From Takakia lepidozioides (taxonomy: Eukaryota > Plantae > Bryophyta): a stretch of 64,000 nucleotides of DNA. Positions 51,038-62,331 of this stretch are shown one piece after another. Numbering within the stretch: the first letter of the stretch is position 1; each line of letters opens with the position of its first letter. Where the stretch lies: the NCBI GenBank assembly GCA_030704615.1, contig CM060731.1, positions 70,494,001 to 70,558,000 on the forward strand, in the 5' to 3' direction. The notes under the pieces were generated by a model. The model saw only the letters and a list, made by a program, of their open reading frames with translations. It did no database searches and had not been told where the DNA came from. A program made the translations under genes and the position numbers.

Positions 51038-52806
51038 CTGGATATTGTCAATAAGATTGAATTGGTGGATATCGTTTTTGTCACTCTGTAGGTTTATTTG
51101 ACTTGTCACGCAAATGCTCCAGGGTTCATTGAGCATTGCTTAAATTATGATTACAGTTTTGCATATTTCATATTGGATAAGGTCCGCCTTTTTTATGTAA
51201 GGTGGTATGCGCTACAACTAGCATCGAATTGCATCTATTTGATGCATCTGGAGTTCTTGTATTGTCTGGACTTGTCACAAAACTTTAGCTCTCTAGCACT
51301 TATGAAATAACCCATCATAAGTGTCTCTAATCCCATACAAGATCCACTGACCACGGCTAAGACTGCTTTGTATAGGATTTTTGCTTATATGCTTGTTAAA
51401 GGACATAAAATGAGGGATGTGTGCTTTGCATCTATTAGATTAGATGTTTTGAAAACAGACAATCAATTTTTCTTCATGATTTCAACTCATCGTAGGACCA
51501 GTGCAACATCTTTTGCATTTGACATTTTGATTTGCACATAGTCTGGTCCTCCAACTTTCTGAACTGCTAGAGGCTCTCATAATTTGTGGATTCTTCTGCA
51601 CATCATGACGACAAAAAAAATTGGAGGTGTCAAGTTATTTTACCACTAGTGTGAAGTTAGCTAGGAAATAGCTAGCTTTTATATATTGATATTTGGGATT
51701 GACCCAAGTGTCAATCCAGGGGCCAATACATGTTTGGGCACATGACGTTGTTATCTTCACAGCAGGTCGCAGTGGGCTCATCTTTCTCGAGTTGAGCCTC
51801 ACCGCGTCTAGCTATGGCGCCGTAGTGTGGATTCCCATGGCGTGGGGTGCACTTGGCTCGACTTAATATATGAGTGATGTTTTCATGTGCGAGTGTGTGA
51901 GTTTGAGAGAGCTTGTATGCTTGTATCATTCCTTTTCTTATCACTCGAGATCAGCTCCAGGTATTTCTGCCCAAAACTAGTTGTTCCAGGTAGATGAGAA
52001 GCAGCCGAATGGTGGAGCTGCGAGGGGATGCATCGCAGCCCGTTGGAAGCTTCAGCTCCAAGCTCATGAAGAGGTATGAGTAAAGAGAGGGGGCTGGTCC
52101 CTCTTGTGTGCAAATCAGTACACTTATGAAGCATGTGTTGAGTTGGAGTTTCAATCTGAAACTCAGCAATGTAAGGGCTCTTGGAGTGGCAAGAGCGAGG
52201 CTAGAAGGGCAGCAACGAGGCGCCCTAGAGCCAAGGGAGATGCATGAGAAGTGCAAGTGTACCAAGTTTGTAAAGGTGTGTATTTTCAGATTTGTTTTTG
52301 TGAGCTTCATGAAGAAAAGGGAGCTTGTTGGGCAGCATATAGCTTGCTTGTTGAGTTGGAGGTACTTCTAGTGGGCCGTGAGAGCTCAGGAGTGCAGGGC
52401 GACGGGGCTGATGGCTCCGCAGAAGCCATAGCTCGTCGGCAGCAGGTGCTGGAGCAAACCCCAGCTCGGGGAGAGCTCGGGAACGCGTGGGAACGCCTCG
52501 GGAACGCATGGGAACTCGTTGGGAGTTCTAGGGAACGCAGGGAATAATAGCCGTGATGGACCGTTGGGGCGGTATCACGAGATACCACGAGCACATGTCG
52601 TGATGGTTGACCGTGACCGTTGGAAGTCGTGGTGCGGACACAACGGGTGGGCACGGTGACTAGATCGTGGGGATGTCAGGCCGTGAAGGCTCGTGGGAGT
52701 GGTAACACGGGGTATCACTGGGCAGCCCGTGGCCAACGAGTGCCTAGGGCGGGCCGTGAGGAGTAGTGGCGGTTAGAGCCACGGAAGGCCGCGAACAGGA
52801 AGAGTG

Positions 52807-52842
<36 letters not shown>

Positions 52843-53825
52843 TTTCACTCATTTCGTGGGACCTTGATGGGGAGGCTGGGCTCTGAAGAACAACGGTTTT
52901 GAGCTAGCTGATCCGGCAAAAAAGTCGGAATTGCCTCCCTGTTGCGTTTTAACAAAGGGGATTACTCCCCTACAGGTAATCTTTTCTGGTTTTCAGCCCA
53001 ATTCTTAACTATGGGGGAGACCAGCCTGCAGGTAATTCCTTTGGACAGAATGTTGTTGGGGCCTATATGTACCTCTATTTGCTCCATCTTTGAACCTTCA
53101 GTGAACGACATGGTTTCCTGAGGTGGTTCCATTCGGAGGAATGGCTGGTGGACGTAAGGAGGCACTAGCGGACCCTGTGGAGGCTTGCATGGGGCCTTGG
53201 AGGCCAAGTTTCATGAGCTCGTGGAGGGCGGTTTGAGGAGTGTCTACAGGATGCTCTCATGGTCATGCAAGTGAGAGAAGAGAGGAAAAAAGAGGGTGTT
53301 GGGATGAGAGCGTGCTGGGGATAGGCATTGCTTTAGTTTCCCTTCCTCATAGCTTTCCTCCTTCTCTGTAGGCCGAGACCTTTCCGTAGGTGGAGGCAAG
53401 AGTCAGTCCGGGTTTGGGCTGGGTTGTAGGAGTGACACTGTGGAGAGATTTTTGGTGTGGGGGAGTTGTTGTTTTTATTCTTGTGTTTGGATCCCCTCCA
53501 CACCTGCATGTTTGATTGTGCGTCATGCTAGTTTTGTGTGGGCACTTGATTTTATAGGTAGTTTAGGGTTTAGGGTAAAATCGATGCGATTTTTAGAGTA
53601 AAATCAGATGCAGATGCAATTCAAACAGATGCAATTCGATGCTAGTTGTAGCGCATACCACCTTACATAAAAAAAGCGGACCTTATCCAATATGAAATAT
53701 GCAAAACTGTAATCATAATTTAAGCAATGCTCAATGAGCCCTGGAGCATTTGCGTGACAAGTCAAATAAACCTATGGAGTGACAAAAACAATATCCACCA
53801 ATTCAATCTTATTGACAATATCCAG
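51038..53825. repeat. ~210-bp inverted repeat pair (51038-51250 / 53611-53825)
   Basis: CTGGATATTGTCAATAAGATTGAATTGG...GCATCGAATTGCATC is mirrored with few mismatches at 53611-53825. Confidence 0.9.
51700..53600 (+). mobile_element. Probable LTR/5' leader region of the gypsy element (boundaries unresolved)
   Basis: Non-coding GC-rich block directly upstream of the rearranged gag; GGGAACGC repeats at 52479-52545; A-tract hairpin at 52802-52850. No second LTR or convincing PBS was seen. Confidence 0.35.
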
Positions 53826-54718
53826 GCTTGTTGCACTTGCCAATCAGCAACCCGCTGCAAATCCTTGCTCGAGCCCCACAATGGAATGTGAGCAACCATG
53901 GCAGACAACTCCGCCATACCATACATGTCATCCTGCTCTCCCGGAGGTGACATATCCTCTGAATGAGCGTTGCCCTCAAGCAACTCTCCAGGCCAACTCA
54001 TTGCAGCTGTGAATGCTGCCAGTGTCGGCATCTTGCCTCGCTGGGCAACTGCAACTCCTCCTATGAACGTCACAGAGAGCTGCATACGCCGGCCCTCCCC
54101 TGACTGTCATCCAGGCCTATAGGAAGCTGACTCCTCCCAAAAATCCAGGGTGAAACCCATGGGGTACAACACTGCCCCACCAACAAGGACATCGTACGAG
54201 ACCCTGTCTGTCACAATGGCATTGGCTCTCATCACTGAGCTATCTGTAGGATGATCCGGCTGTAGTCTAATAGCCAACTCACGCCGTGTCATGCCTCGAG
54301 CCTACTCTGATCCTCCCAGAGGTTTCTGTATCTGGAAAGGGCACGGCTCCATATCCGCCTCCGTGAGGCCCAAGCCTGCAATAACAGCTCTGCCCAGCAT
54401 CAATGGCTGAGTTCCCGAGTCCAACAAGACCCGCAGTGGCCGGTTGCTTGCCGGTCCACTCAAATAGAAAATGTCATCTTGGTTGTCTAACATGACAACT
54501 CCAGGTGTCACCATGGCGTGCTCAATGGCTGGCCTAGCTGGCAGCTTCATCAACCTGGCAGCTACAGCTTGCCATGGCGCCGCCGTGGCAGTCTTGACCC
54601 TCACATCCGAGGATCCCTCCGGCACTACACCTCCCACTATCTCCGCAGAAGATGAAGTAACCTCCTCACTCTCACAGAGTGTAGCTGCTAGCCTGAACAC
54701 CTAAGCTGGTCTTACCTC
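53822..54718 (-). repeat. Inverted duplicate of the gypsy protease region (mirror of 57009-57905)
   Basis: Near-identical translations MFRLAATLCE...GGSE and MTRRELAIRL... on opposite strands; this copy retains LLDSGT, the other has LLDSRT. Confidence 0.95.
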
Positions 54719-56698
54719 CGGCGTCGCAATCATGGTAGCCAAGAACAATGGGGCCTGACACACAGATGTGGCTGCCCCCAGCAGCACACTGGCTGCCGTA
54801 GCCTTGGCAACACTAGGTAGTGGTGTTGCCCGTGTAGCTCTCCCCAATGGCATAGTAACCTCCGCCTCGGTAACAGTCGGGCGAGAACTAGGTGCCATGG
54901 ACGGCGTCGACACTGTCTCCGCCAATGTGAATGACTGAGGAAGCCTGGCCTGACGGCTTGCCTCCCCACGCTGTGGATCCAACTCCACCTCTGCACCCCG
55001 TGGCTCAGGAACTCGTGTTGCTCCTCGAGTCACTGCCGCAGCCGACTCCACTTGCACTAGTGGTAGTGGTGCCCCACCCAGAGTGGTAGTGGTAGTGGCA
55101 TCCCTCACTAGTGGTAGTGGCACCCCACCCATAGTGGTAGTGGTAGTGGCACCCCTCACTAGTGGTAGTGGTTCCCCACCCATAGTGGTAGTGGTAGTAG
55201 CACCCCTCACTAGTGGTAGTGCTGCCCCGCACATGAATCCCATGCCTTCCATGTCTCCTCCCTCAAGAGCAGGAGGTGGACCATCCAGCCTTGAAGTCGG
55301 TACCACCTGAGCTGTGGCCATGGCAGCGAGCCTCTGCTCTAGCTGCTGAAGCCGGTTGGCCATGCCTTGGTCACCACCTTGACTTCCGCGTCCTTGGCCA
55401 TGTTGAGCTTGCCCTTGGCCTGCACCTCGTGCCTGGCCACCTTGTCCTCTCTGGGCTGCTCCACCTCACCCCCGGCCACCATTGTTCCCTTGAAACTGGC
55501 CTGGGCGCAAACCATAGCACTGGGCTTCTCCATGCCCGTACTTGCCACAATGCCCACACTACAACTGTGCATGTTGTGCCGGTGCCAAACCATTGCCTCC
55601 TCTGGGCAATCCTTCTTGACATGGGGTCCTCCACATGTCCAGCACACCACATCCACCCGTTGTTGGCCAGCAAATGAAGGGAGAGACCCCTGCATCTAAG
55701 GTCCTCTCTGCCCTTCCCTGAGCTTCACCTGAGCTCCCTTGCTGCCTTGAGCACGTTGAGGTAGTGGCTGGTTAGGAGCACCACTACCTTGTGGCAAATC
55801 CCACCATGACCACTCGTTCCTCCACCATGTTGAGCTCTATCCGCTCTGCCAGCAAAAACACATTTGCTAAGGTGGGTTGGGCCGCTTGTAGGAGAGTTGC
55901 ATCCCGTACCCTTCTCCTCAGCTCCTTGTCCAATATCCCGTACCAGAATTGGACTGCCTGAGCCTCCGTAACCCCTTGGGTTACATTAATCAAGCGCTTC
56001 ATGCGAGTGAAAGCCTCCCTCAAGCTCTCAGTCGGCTTCCTCTAGAACTCTTGCAAGCTCCTCAACTTCTTTGTCCTTACCCCTTGGTAGTTCATTCTCA
56101 ACTCTTCGAAGAACTTCACAACAGGGTTGAAGGCAGACACCGCCACTAGTGCTGGTGCAGCAGTAGCTTGGGTGGACGTCGTAGCCTCTGTATCACTAGT
56201 CCCACTGCTGCTCGTGGAAGCTGCCGGTATGGCTGCTGCCCTTGTCCCTCTAGTGCCTCTAGTGATGGAGACATAGTCGGGTGACCAGTACATCTTCCAC
56301 TCCTCGATCTCAATATCATGCCCCCGCCTAAACTCATGGTAATCATCTATGGGCGGCCCCTCAAGGTGCTGAAACAGCCCCTTCCATGCCATGAAAGGCG
56401 TAAACAGTTGTGGATTGCGCATTTGCTGCAAGTCACACCAACTATCAAACTCTTGGATAAAATCATCCAACTCAATGGTGCCCACCGCCCCAGAGTACCT
56501 TCGTCGCCCCTTGGTGGCTCCATACATCTCCTCCATCGTGGCCCACAACAATGGCAAGGAAACAACTTGCACCGCCGGTGTGAGTCCTCCTGATTCCTTC
56601 CGTAGAAGACACAGGAGGTGAAGGTGGCCTAAACCGCACACCTCGTCTCGTATACCTGCTAGTATCACTAGTGCTCGTACCGGCACTTTCCCCAGCAA
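54701..56698 (-). pseudogene. Ty3/gypsy gag (capsid-like region plus CCHC zinc knuckle), inverted relative to pol
   Basis: YSGAVGTIELDDFIQEFDSW, FFEELRMNYQ...LQEF*RKPTESLREAFTRMKRL, CWTCGGPHVKKDC (55606-55644); in-frame stops; runs into the protease duplicate. Confidence 0.8.
55055..55225 (-). repeat. 51-bp in-frame tandem repeat in gag (LPLVRGATTTTTMGGxP x3)
   Basis: Three units of CACTAGTGGTAGTGG...CCCT. Confidence 0.9.
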
Positions 56699-57008
56699 CT
56701 AGTGGCACCTCCGTATTGACAAACTGACACTCAACCGGTCATGAACATGTCTCTAACCCCCTCTCCACAAAGTATCCGGGTAGAGAACCTGATGCGGCTT
56801 ATGGTTTGGAATACTAGGTTCCTAACATAGCCTGCACCTGTACCTGCATCCACCGCAGGCGCTCCTATGGTTGGCTGGTCATCACCTCCAACCTCACCAC
56901 AGGAGAAACAAAGATGGTCTGACTGGTCATCAACCCAGCCTCACCATCGACAACATGCTCTAGGGTTGGATCGGCGATCAAGCCCGAGTCAAATCTTTGA
57001 GTCAAATC

Positions 57009-60000
57009 GAGGTAAGACCAGCTTAGGTGTTCAGGCTAGCAGCTACACTCTGTGAGAGTGAGGAGGTTACTTCATCTTCTGCGGAGATAGTGGGAGGTGT
57101 AGTGCCGGAGGGATCCTTGGATGTGAAAGTCAAGACTGCCACGGTGGCGCCATGGCAAGCTGTAGCTGCCAGGTTGATGAAGCTGCCAGCTAGGCCAGCC
57201 ATTGAGCGCGCCATGGTGACACCTGGAGTTGTCATGTTAGACAACCAAGATGACATTTTCTATTTGAGTGGACCGGCAAGCAACCGGCCACTGCGGGTCT
57301 TGTTGGACTCGAGAACTCAGCCATTGATGCTGGGCAGAGCTGTTATTGCAGGCTTGGGCCTCACGGAGGCGGATATGGAGCCGTGCCCTTTCCAGATACA
57401 GAAACCTCTGGGAGGATCAGAGTAGGCTCGAGGCATGACACGGCGTGAGTTGGCTATCAGACTACAGCCGGATCATCCTACAGATAGCTCAGTGATGAGA
57501 GCCAAGGCCATTGTGACAGACAGGGTCTCGTACGATGTCCTTGTTGGTGGGGCAGTGTTGTACCCCATGGGCTTCACCCTGGATTTTTGGGAGGAGTCAG
57601 CTTCCTATAGGCCTGGATGGCAGTCAGGGGAGGGCCGGCATATGCAGCTCTCTGTGACGTTTATAGGAGGAGTTGCAGTTGCCCAGCGAGGCAAGATGCC
57701 GACACTGGCAGCATTCACAGCTGCAATGAGTTGGTCTGGAGAGTTGCTTGAGGGCAACGCTCATTCAGAGGATATGTCACCTCCGGGAGAGCAGGATGAC
57801 ATGTATGGTATGGCGGAGTTGTCTGCCATGGTTGCTCACATTCCATTGTGGGGCTCGAGCAAGGATTTGCAGCGGGTTGCTGATTGGCAAGTGCAACAAG
57901 CCTGGGTAGAGGCTTTTGTATCGTCAGGAGAGGAGGATAGTGCGGGGATTGCACCAGAACCACCTCAGTTGTCACCATTGGACACCACACCGATCATGTG
58001 GCAATGTCCGGATGAAGGCATTTGCCTTCTGGACTTGTTTGGCGGGATCAGCACCGGGTTGGCTGCTGTTCTATAGGTAGGTGTACAAGTACGACGTTAC
58101 CTGTATGTGGAGATGGATGAGACTGCACGACGCATTTCCTTACGCCATGTTGCTTAGTTGGTGCAGTAGTACCCTGAGTTGTTGCTGGTGTCTGCAGTTC
58201 GTGGATATCAACAGGCCTTGCGAGCAGACATTGCGTTGCTGGGGGCGCAGGATTTGGAGCGGGTTGGCTCCATTGATTTGGTAGTGGCAGGTTGGCCCTG
58301 CCAAGGGCATTCATCAGCCGGGCATGGCAATGGATTGCGAGACTCGAGGTTGGGTCTGTTTTGGGAGATGGTGCGAGTTTTGCGCCACTTACAGCTTCAT
58401 CAAGCTGTATCTCCAGCATACATCTTGGAGAATGTGCCACTGATGGGTGATTCTCGGGCCAGGGTGATGGCAAGTGTGCATCAAGTCCGGTCGTGGCTTG
58501 GGTCAGCAGTGTTGCTGGATGCAGCTGCAGTGGGGTCACGGGCTCATCGTCCACGGTTATGGTGGACTAACTTGATGTCACCCGCACTGCTTAAGCGTGC
58601 ATTTGATGGGGTGCAGCGGCCAGCACACCTCACAGTGGATAACATTTTGGACACAGGGAGGCAGACACGATGACCGTCCGCCTTTGGCAGTGGTCAACAA
58701 TGTGGGTCGACCACGAGCAGCACTACCTACACTTCTCAGCTTCCTTGGATCGCATGTTTTCCGGGATAGCGGACCTGGCCTCATGTGGGATGCTCAGTTG
58801 CAACAGTTAGTGGAGCCTAATGCCGACGAGCGAGAGTGGGCTATGGGTTTTTCCACTGGGACCACGGCGGTGCTTCTTTCTGAGGCATCACGTCGTCAGG
58901 TGTTGGGGCAAGCAATGGATCTAAATTGCTTGACCTGGATTATCAGCTTGGCTATGGCTGAGCAACGTAGAGTGTGGAGTGCACTTCCCTTGACGGTCTC
59001 TCTGTCTTCCGAGACTTTACAGGCAGTGAGTGGGGGCGAGCCGGTGAGGACCACGCGGTGTAGACATCCATGGCACACGTGGGAGGTGCTCGAGGTTCAG
59101 AGGAAGTTGGCAGCCAAGGCGGCTGTGATGGATGAGGTTGGGGATTCTTCTCGGGTTGAGGAGGTCCTCAAAGATGAGATGATGGGGCAGGATGAGGCCT
59201 TGTCATTGACAGAGCAGGCAGGGAGTACTGCTCATGAGGTTGCGGCATAGCAACCATGGGACGCGTCCTCTACCTCTAAGTCTGCAGGACTTAAGGTTGC
59301 AGTTACGGAGGACAATTGGGAGCCTGACATTGGACCCATTGTCACTGGAGGAGAGAGACGACGTATACGGCGGTTCCTGAGGGCTTACAGGAATTGCTTT
59401 GCCTTCAGTTTGAAGGATTTGGGAGCACTGAAGGGTCAGGAGATTCGTATTGAGTTGGCTACGGACACGCCAATCTTTCGGAGACCCTATAGATACAGTG
59501 ACATGGAGAGGTCTTTGATTCAGATGATGACTCAAGATCTCTGGGAGGATAGTTTTGGTGGAGTTCTCTGGTGGAGAGTATGCTTCAGCCACGGTGATGC
59601 CAGCCAAGAAGGATGTCTATGGCAATTGGACGGAGAGACGTATGTACGTTGATTACCGGATTATAAATCGTCAGACCAAGTCCGATAAGTATGCCATGCC
59701 CACACCGGAGGAGATCTTTGATGCCATTGGGCATGCCAAGGTCTTTAGCACTTTGGACTTGCGGTCCGGATATCACCACTTGCCGATCAAGGAGGCGGAC
59801 AAGCAGAAGACGGCATTCTGGGGGATCAATGAGCACGGGAAGGATTGCCTATATCAGTGGCGTTTCTTACCATTCGGGCTTAAGAACGCTCCTGCAGAGT
59901 TCCAGACAGTTATGGACAGGATTCTAGCAGGGGTAGACTTTGCTCGGTGCTACATAGATGACATCATCATCTTTAGTACTACAGTGGATGAGAACGAGAG

Positions 60001-60509
60001 ACACTTTCAGGTGGTATTTGAGCGCTTGAGAACGCACGGATTGAAGTTACATCCGGGGAAGTGCAAGTTCTTCCACAACCACATTGAGTATCTGGGCCAC
60101 ATGATATATCCTGGAGGATTGGGGGTGCAGCAGACTAAGGTAGAGGCCATCGCACAGATTCCACGTCCCACGAATGTAAGCCGAGTTCGAGCTTTCATGG
60201 GGTTGGCAAACTACTATAGACGGTTTATCAAGGGATTTAGTGCTATTGCAAAGGCTCTAACCAAGCTGACCAAGGTAGACCTGGAGTGGCAGTGGGAAGT
60301 TTAGCAAGAGCGAGTTTTTCCGGAGCTCAAGGCGAGGTTGACCTCGGCGCCGATCTTGAGACGACCTATCAGGGGGCGTCCCTTTCGGGTGCATACAGAT
60401 TGAAGCATGCTGGGACTTGGAGCGGTGCTCACACAAGTGGATGATGAGGGAAGAGAGTTCGTAGTGGGCTTATGTTAGCCGCTCGAACAACACTGCAGAG
60501 TCTAAGTAT
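57009..60509 (+). mobile_element. Ty3/gypsy pol: aspartic protease - C5 DNA methyltransferase - reverse transcriptase - partial RNase H (decayed)
   Basis: PR: RVLLDS(R/G)T...YDVLVGG. MTase 58017-58940. RT: PIFRRPYR, VDYRIIN, LDLRSGYH, LPFGLKNAP, YIDDIIIFS (59951), YLGH, FMGLANYYRRFI. RNase H: SAPILRRP...HTD*S..GLGAVLTQ...SRSNNTAESKY, then an abrupt cut at 60509. Confidence 0.92.
58017..58940 (+). pseudogene. C5-cytosine DNA methyltransferase domain embedded in the gypsy polyprotein
   Basis: Motif I LDLFGGISTG (58029-58058), II YVEMD, III DI, IV AGWPCQGHS (catalytic Cys 58299-58301), VI ILENV (ENV 58428-58436), VIII AHRPRLWWTNL, IX EREWAMGF, X LGQAM. Same reading frame as the protease; TAG stops at 58074, 58155 and 58167; one frameshift near 58665. 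Confidence 0.9.
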
Positions 60510-60860
60510 CACTACAACAGATTGCGGCTTTTATGACTCCCATGGGTGCGCAGTCATGACATATTTGTGGCAAAAATGACTGCACCGTTTGCAGTCGTAA
60601 AATGCTTTTGAAGTCATAATGCAGGTCTGGGGAAGACGTATATGCGACTACATGGCTCCGGACTCTGCGCAACACAGGTCAAACATGTTTGACCACGAAT
60701 ATTGGCATGGCAGATATGACTACCAATCACGGTCATGGCTACACTGGAATGACGTGTGCATATTGCTAGACAGACATATGACTTCATGACTCTCACTCTA
60801 ATGCATTCTGCCAGATCATCACATGGATGAATCGCTACATGACTGCACGTGTCGACACAT
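60510..60860 (+). mobile_element. CACTA (En/Spm) transposon left terminus truncating the gypsy RNase H
   Basis: CACTACAACAG begins exactly where the RNase H homology stops; it is followed by dense ATGAC/GTCAT subterminal repeats in both orientations. Confidence 0.75.
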
Positions 60861-60984
60861 TCTTTTCTGGTTATATATATAATATATGAGTATTTATATT
60901 TTGAAAAAACGGAGACTCTGACAACTAGAATGAATTAAAAATAAATAAAAATAAAATCAAAGTGCAAAAAGATTAAAAAAAAAC

Positions 60985-61215
60985 ACATCGGCTGGTAAGT
61001 GCACAGTGTGTCGCCTTGGTGGTTTGGGGTTCAAACCCGTTGCCCATATCCCGTGTGTGGGATTGTTCGTGACGGTATGTCTGGGCGTTGATAGTCCTGT
61101 AGGTCTTATGGCCCATAAATGAAGGCCGGTGAATTTTTCCCCCTCCTCAAGGGCCTGGGGTTTCCTTTAATAATTTTATTTTTTTTATTTTTATTTTTAT
61201 TTTAAAAAAAAACTT
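60985..61215 (+). mobile_element. Probable tRNA-derived SINE (third type)
   Basis: GGCTGGTAAGTGCAC A-box-like, GGGGTTCAAACCC B-box, GGGGTTTCCTTT plus AT-rich tail, similar in layout to SINE B. Confidence 0.45.
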
Positions 61216-61804
61216 TTAGGGTTTACCCAAAGGTTAAAAAACTTCAAAAGTTGCCCATCACGTAGCAGTGAACAGACTTAGAGCAAGCGGGAGGGAGAGA
61301 GAGAGAGGGTTGGGACTTAGAACGAGCGAGCGGGAGGGAGGGCAAACATGCATGGGAGGCCCGCAGTTGGAGCAACCTTCGCATCTGAAGCAAGCGTCCT
61401 AGAAATGCTAGGGTATGTGTCCGAGGAGGTTTTGACTGGGAACTCGCAGTTCTTGGGAGATTCAGCTTGGTCTTAGCAGGCCGTGTTTCAATCTCTACCC
61501 GCTCAGCTGCACCGTGGTGGTTCTGACAGACCAATCCGACATTACCTGACTACAGACACAAGCAGCACACACAAGAGGTCCTCTTGGGTTCATGGTCAGT
61601 TAAATCCTCCATGGGTCATGACACAAGGTTAGGGTTTATGGTCAAGAGAGGCTACCTTCGCTCCATTGTTGTAGTGGAGGTTGCTCCTCACAACCACGTT
61701 GAAAAATTTGAGTACAGACATTTGTTGATGTGTAATTCCTCTGGCAAACTGCTTGCAAGGTTTGTGACCAAAGGATGAAAATGTGGTATGCTTGGTTGGC
61801 GCAG

Positions 61805-62331
61805 TGCAACATCAAGTGGTTTCGAGAGTATGATAATATGACGGATCTTGGCGGGGATCGGTATTGGAATTTCATCTAGCGTAGTGCCCCTGTACATATC
61901 AGAGGTAAGGCTTTGTTCTCGTCTCCTTCCCAACTTTCACTAGTGTCTACGAGAGCAGTGTTAGAAAATGGTTTTGTTGCATGGTTTAACCTCTATCATA
62001 GAGCCAAATGCAGTCAGTAACTTTATGCTTGAGATCAATGCTGCTCAGTAATCCCTGAGCTTTTTAAGTAGTTAACCACATCATAGTAAACTATGAAGAG
62101 AACCATGTGACACCCTATGGTACCTTGCAAAGTTGTTTGGGATATTTGTTGTTGCACCTCATATCCATGACATTGGAGCACAAGGCTGAGAAAGGGAGCA
62201 CTGGGGTGGCAATGGCAGGTGTCTCCTACAGAGATCCGTGGTACACTGGGAACAGCGAACTAACTTTCCATCTGTGTGGGCATTCTGATGGCTCTTATTG
62301 TGGGGCTTCCCCTGAGTGGCAACCCTGCCTG
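61805..62331 (+). pseudogene. Two-exon fragment of a plastidic glucose transporter (pGlcT-type MFS sugar porter)
   Basis: Exon 61805-61904 ATSSGFESMII*RILAGIGIGISSSVVPLYISE and exon 62219-62331 VSPTEIRGTLGTAN*LSICVGILMALIVGLPLSGNPAW; intron retained; stops at 61839 and 62261; second donor mutated to AT. Confidence 0.85.

Noticed and set aside
51815-51823. Primer binding site TGGCGCCGT (also GGTATCA-like sites at ~52572 and ~52711)
   Set aside because: Not preceded by a demonstrable LTR end, and no second LTR is available to confirm
54701-54703. Programmed gag-pol stop-codon readthrough
   Set aside because: Indistinguishable from the many other TAG lesions in this decayed copy; needs a family consensus
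58017-58940. Bacterial restriction-modification methylase or contamination
   Set aside because: The domain is in frame within a gypsy polyprotein, shares its decay pattern, has no cognate endonuclease and is flanked by plant sequence
61667-61676. CACTA right TIR (TGTTGTAGTG, 10-bp match to 60510)
   Set aside because: Flank GAG does not match the left TAT, there are no subterminal repeats, and gypsy sequence does not resume afterwards
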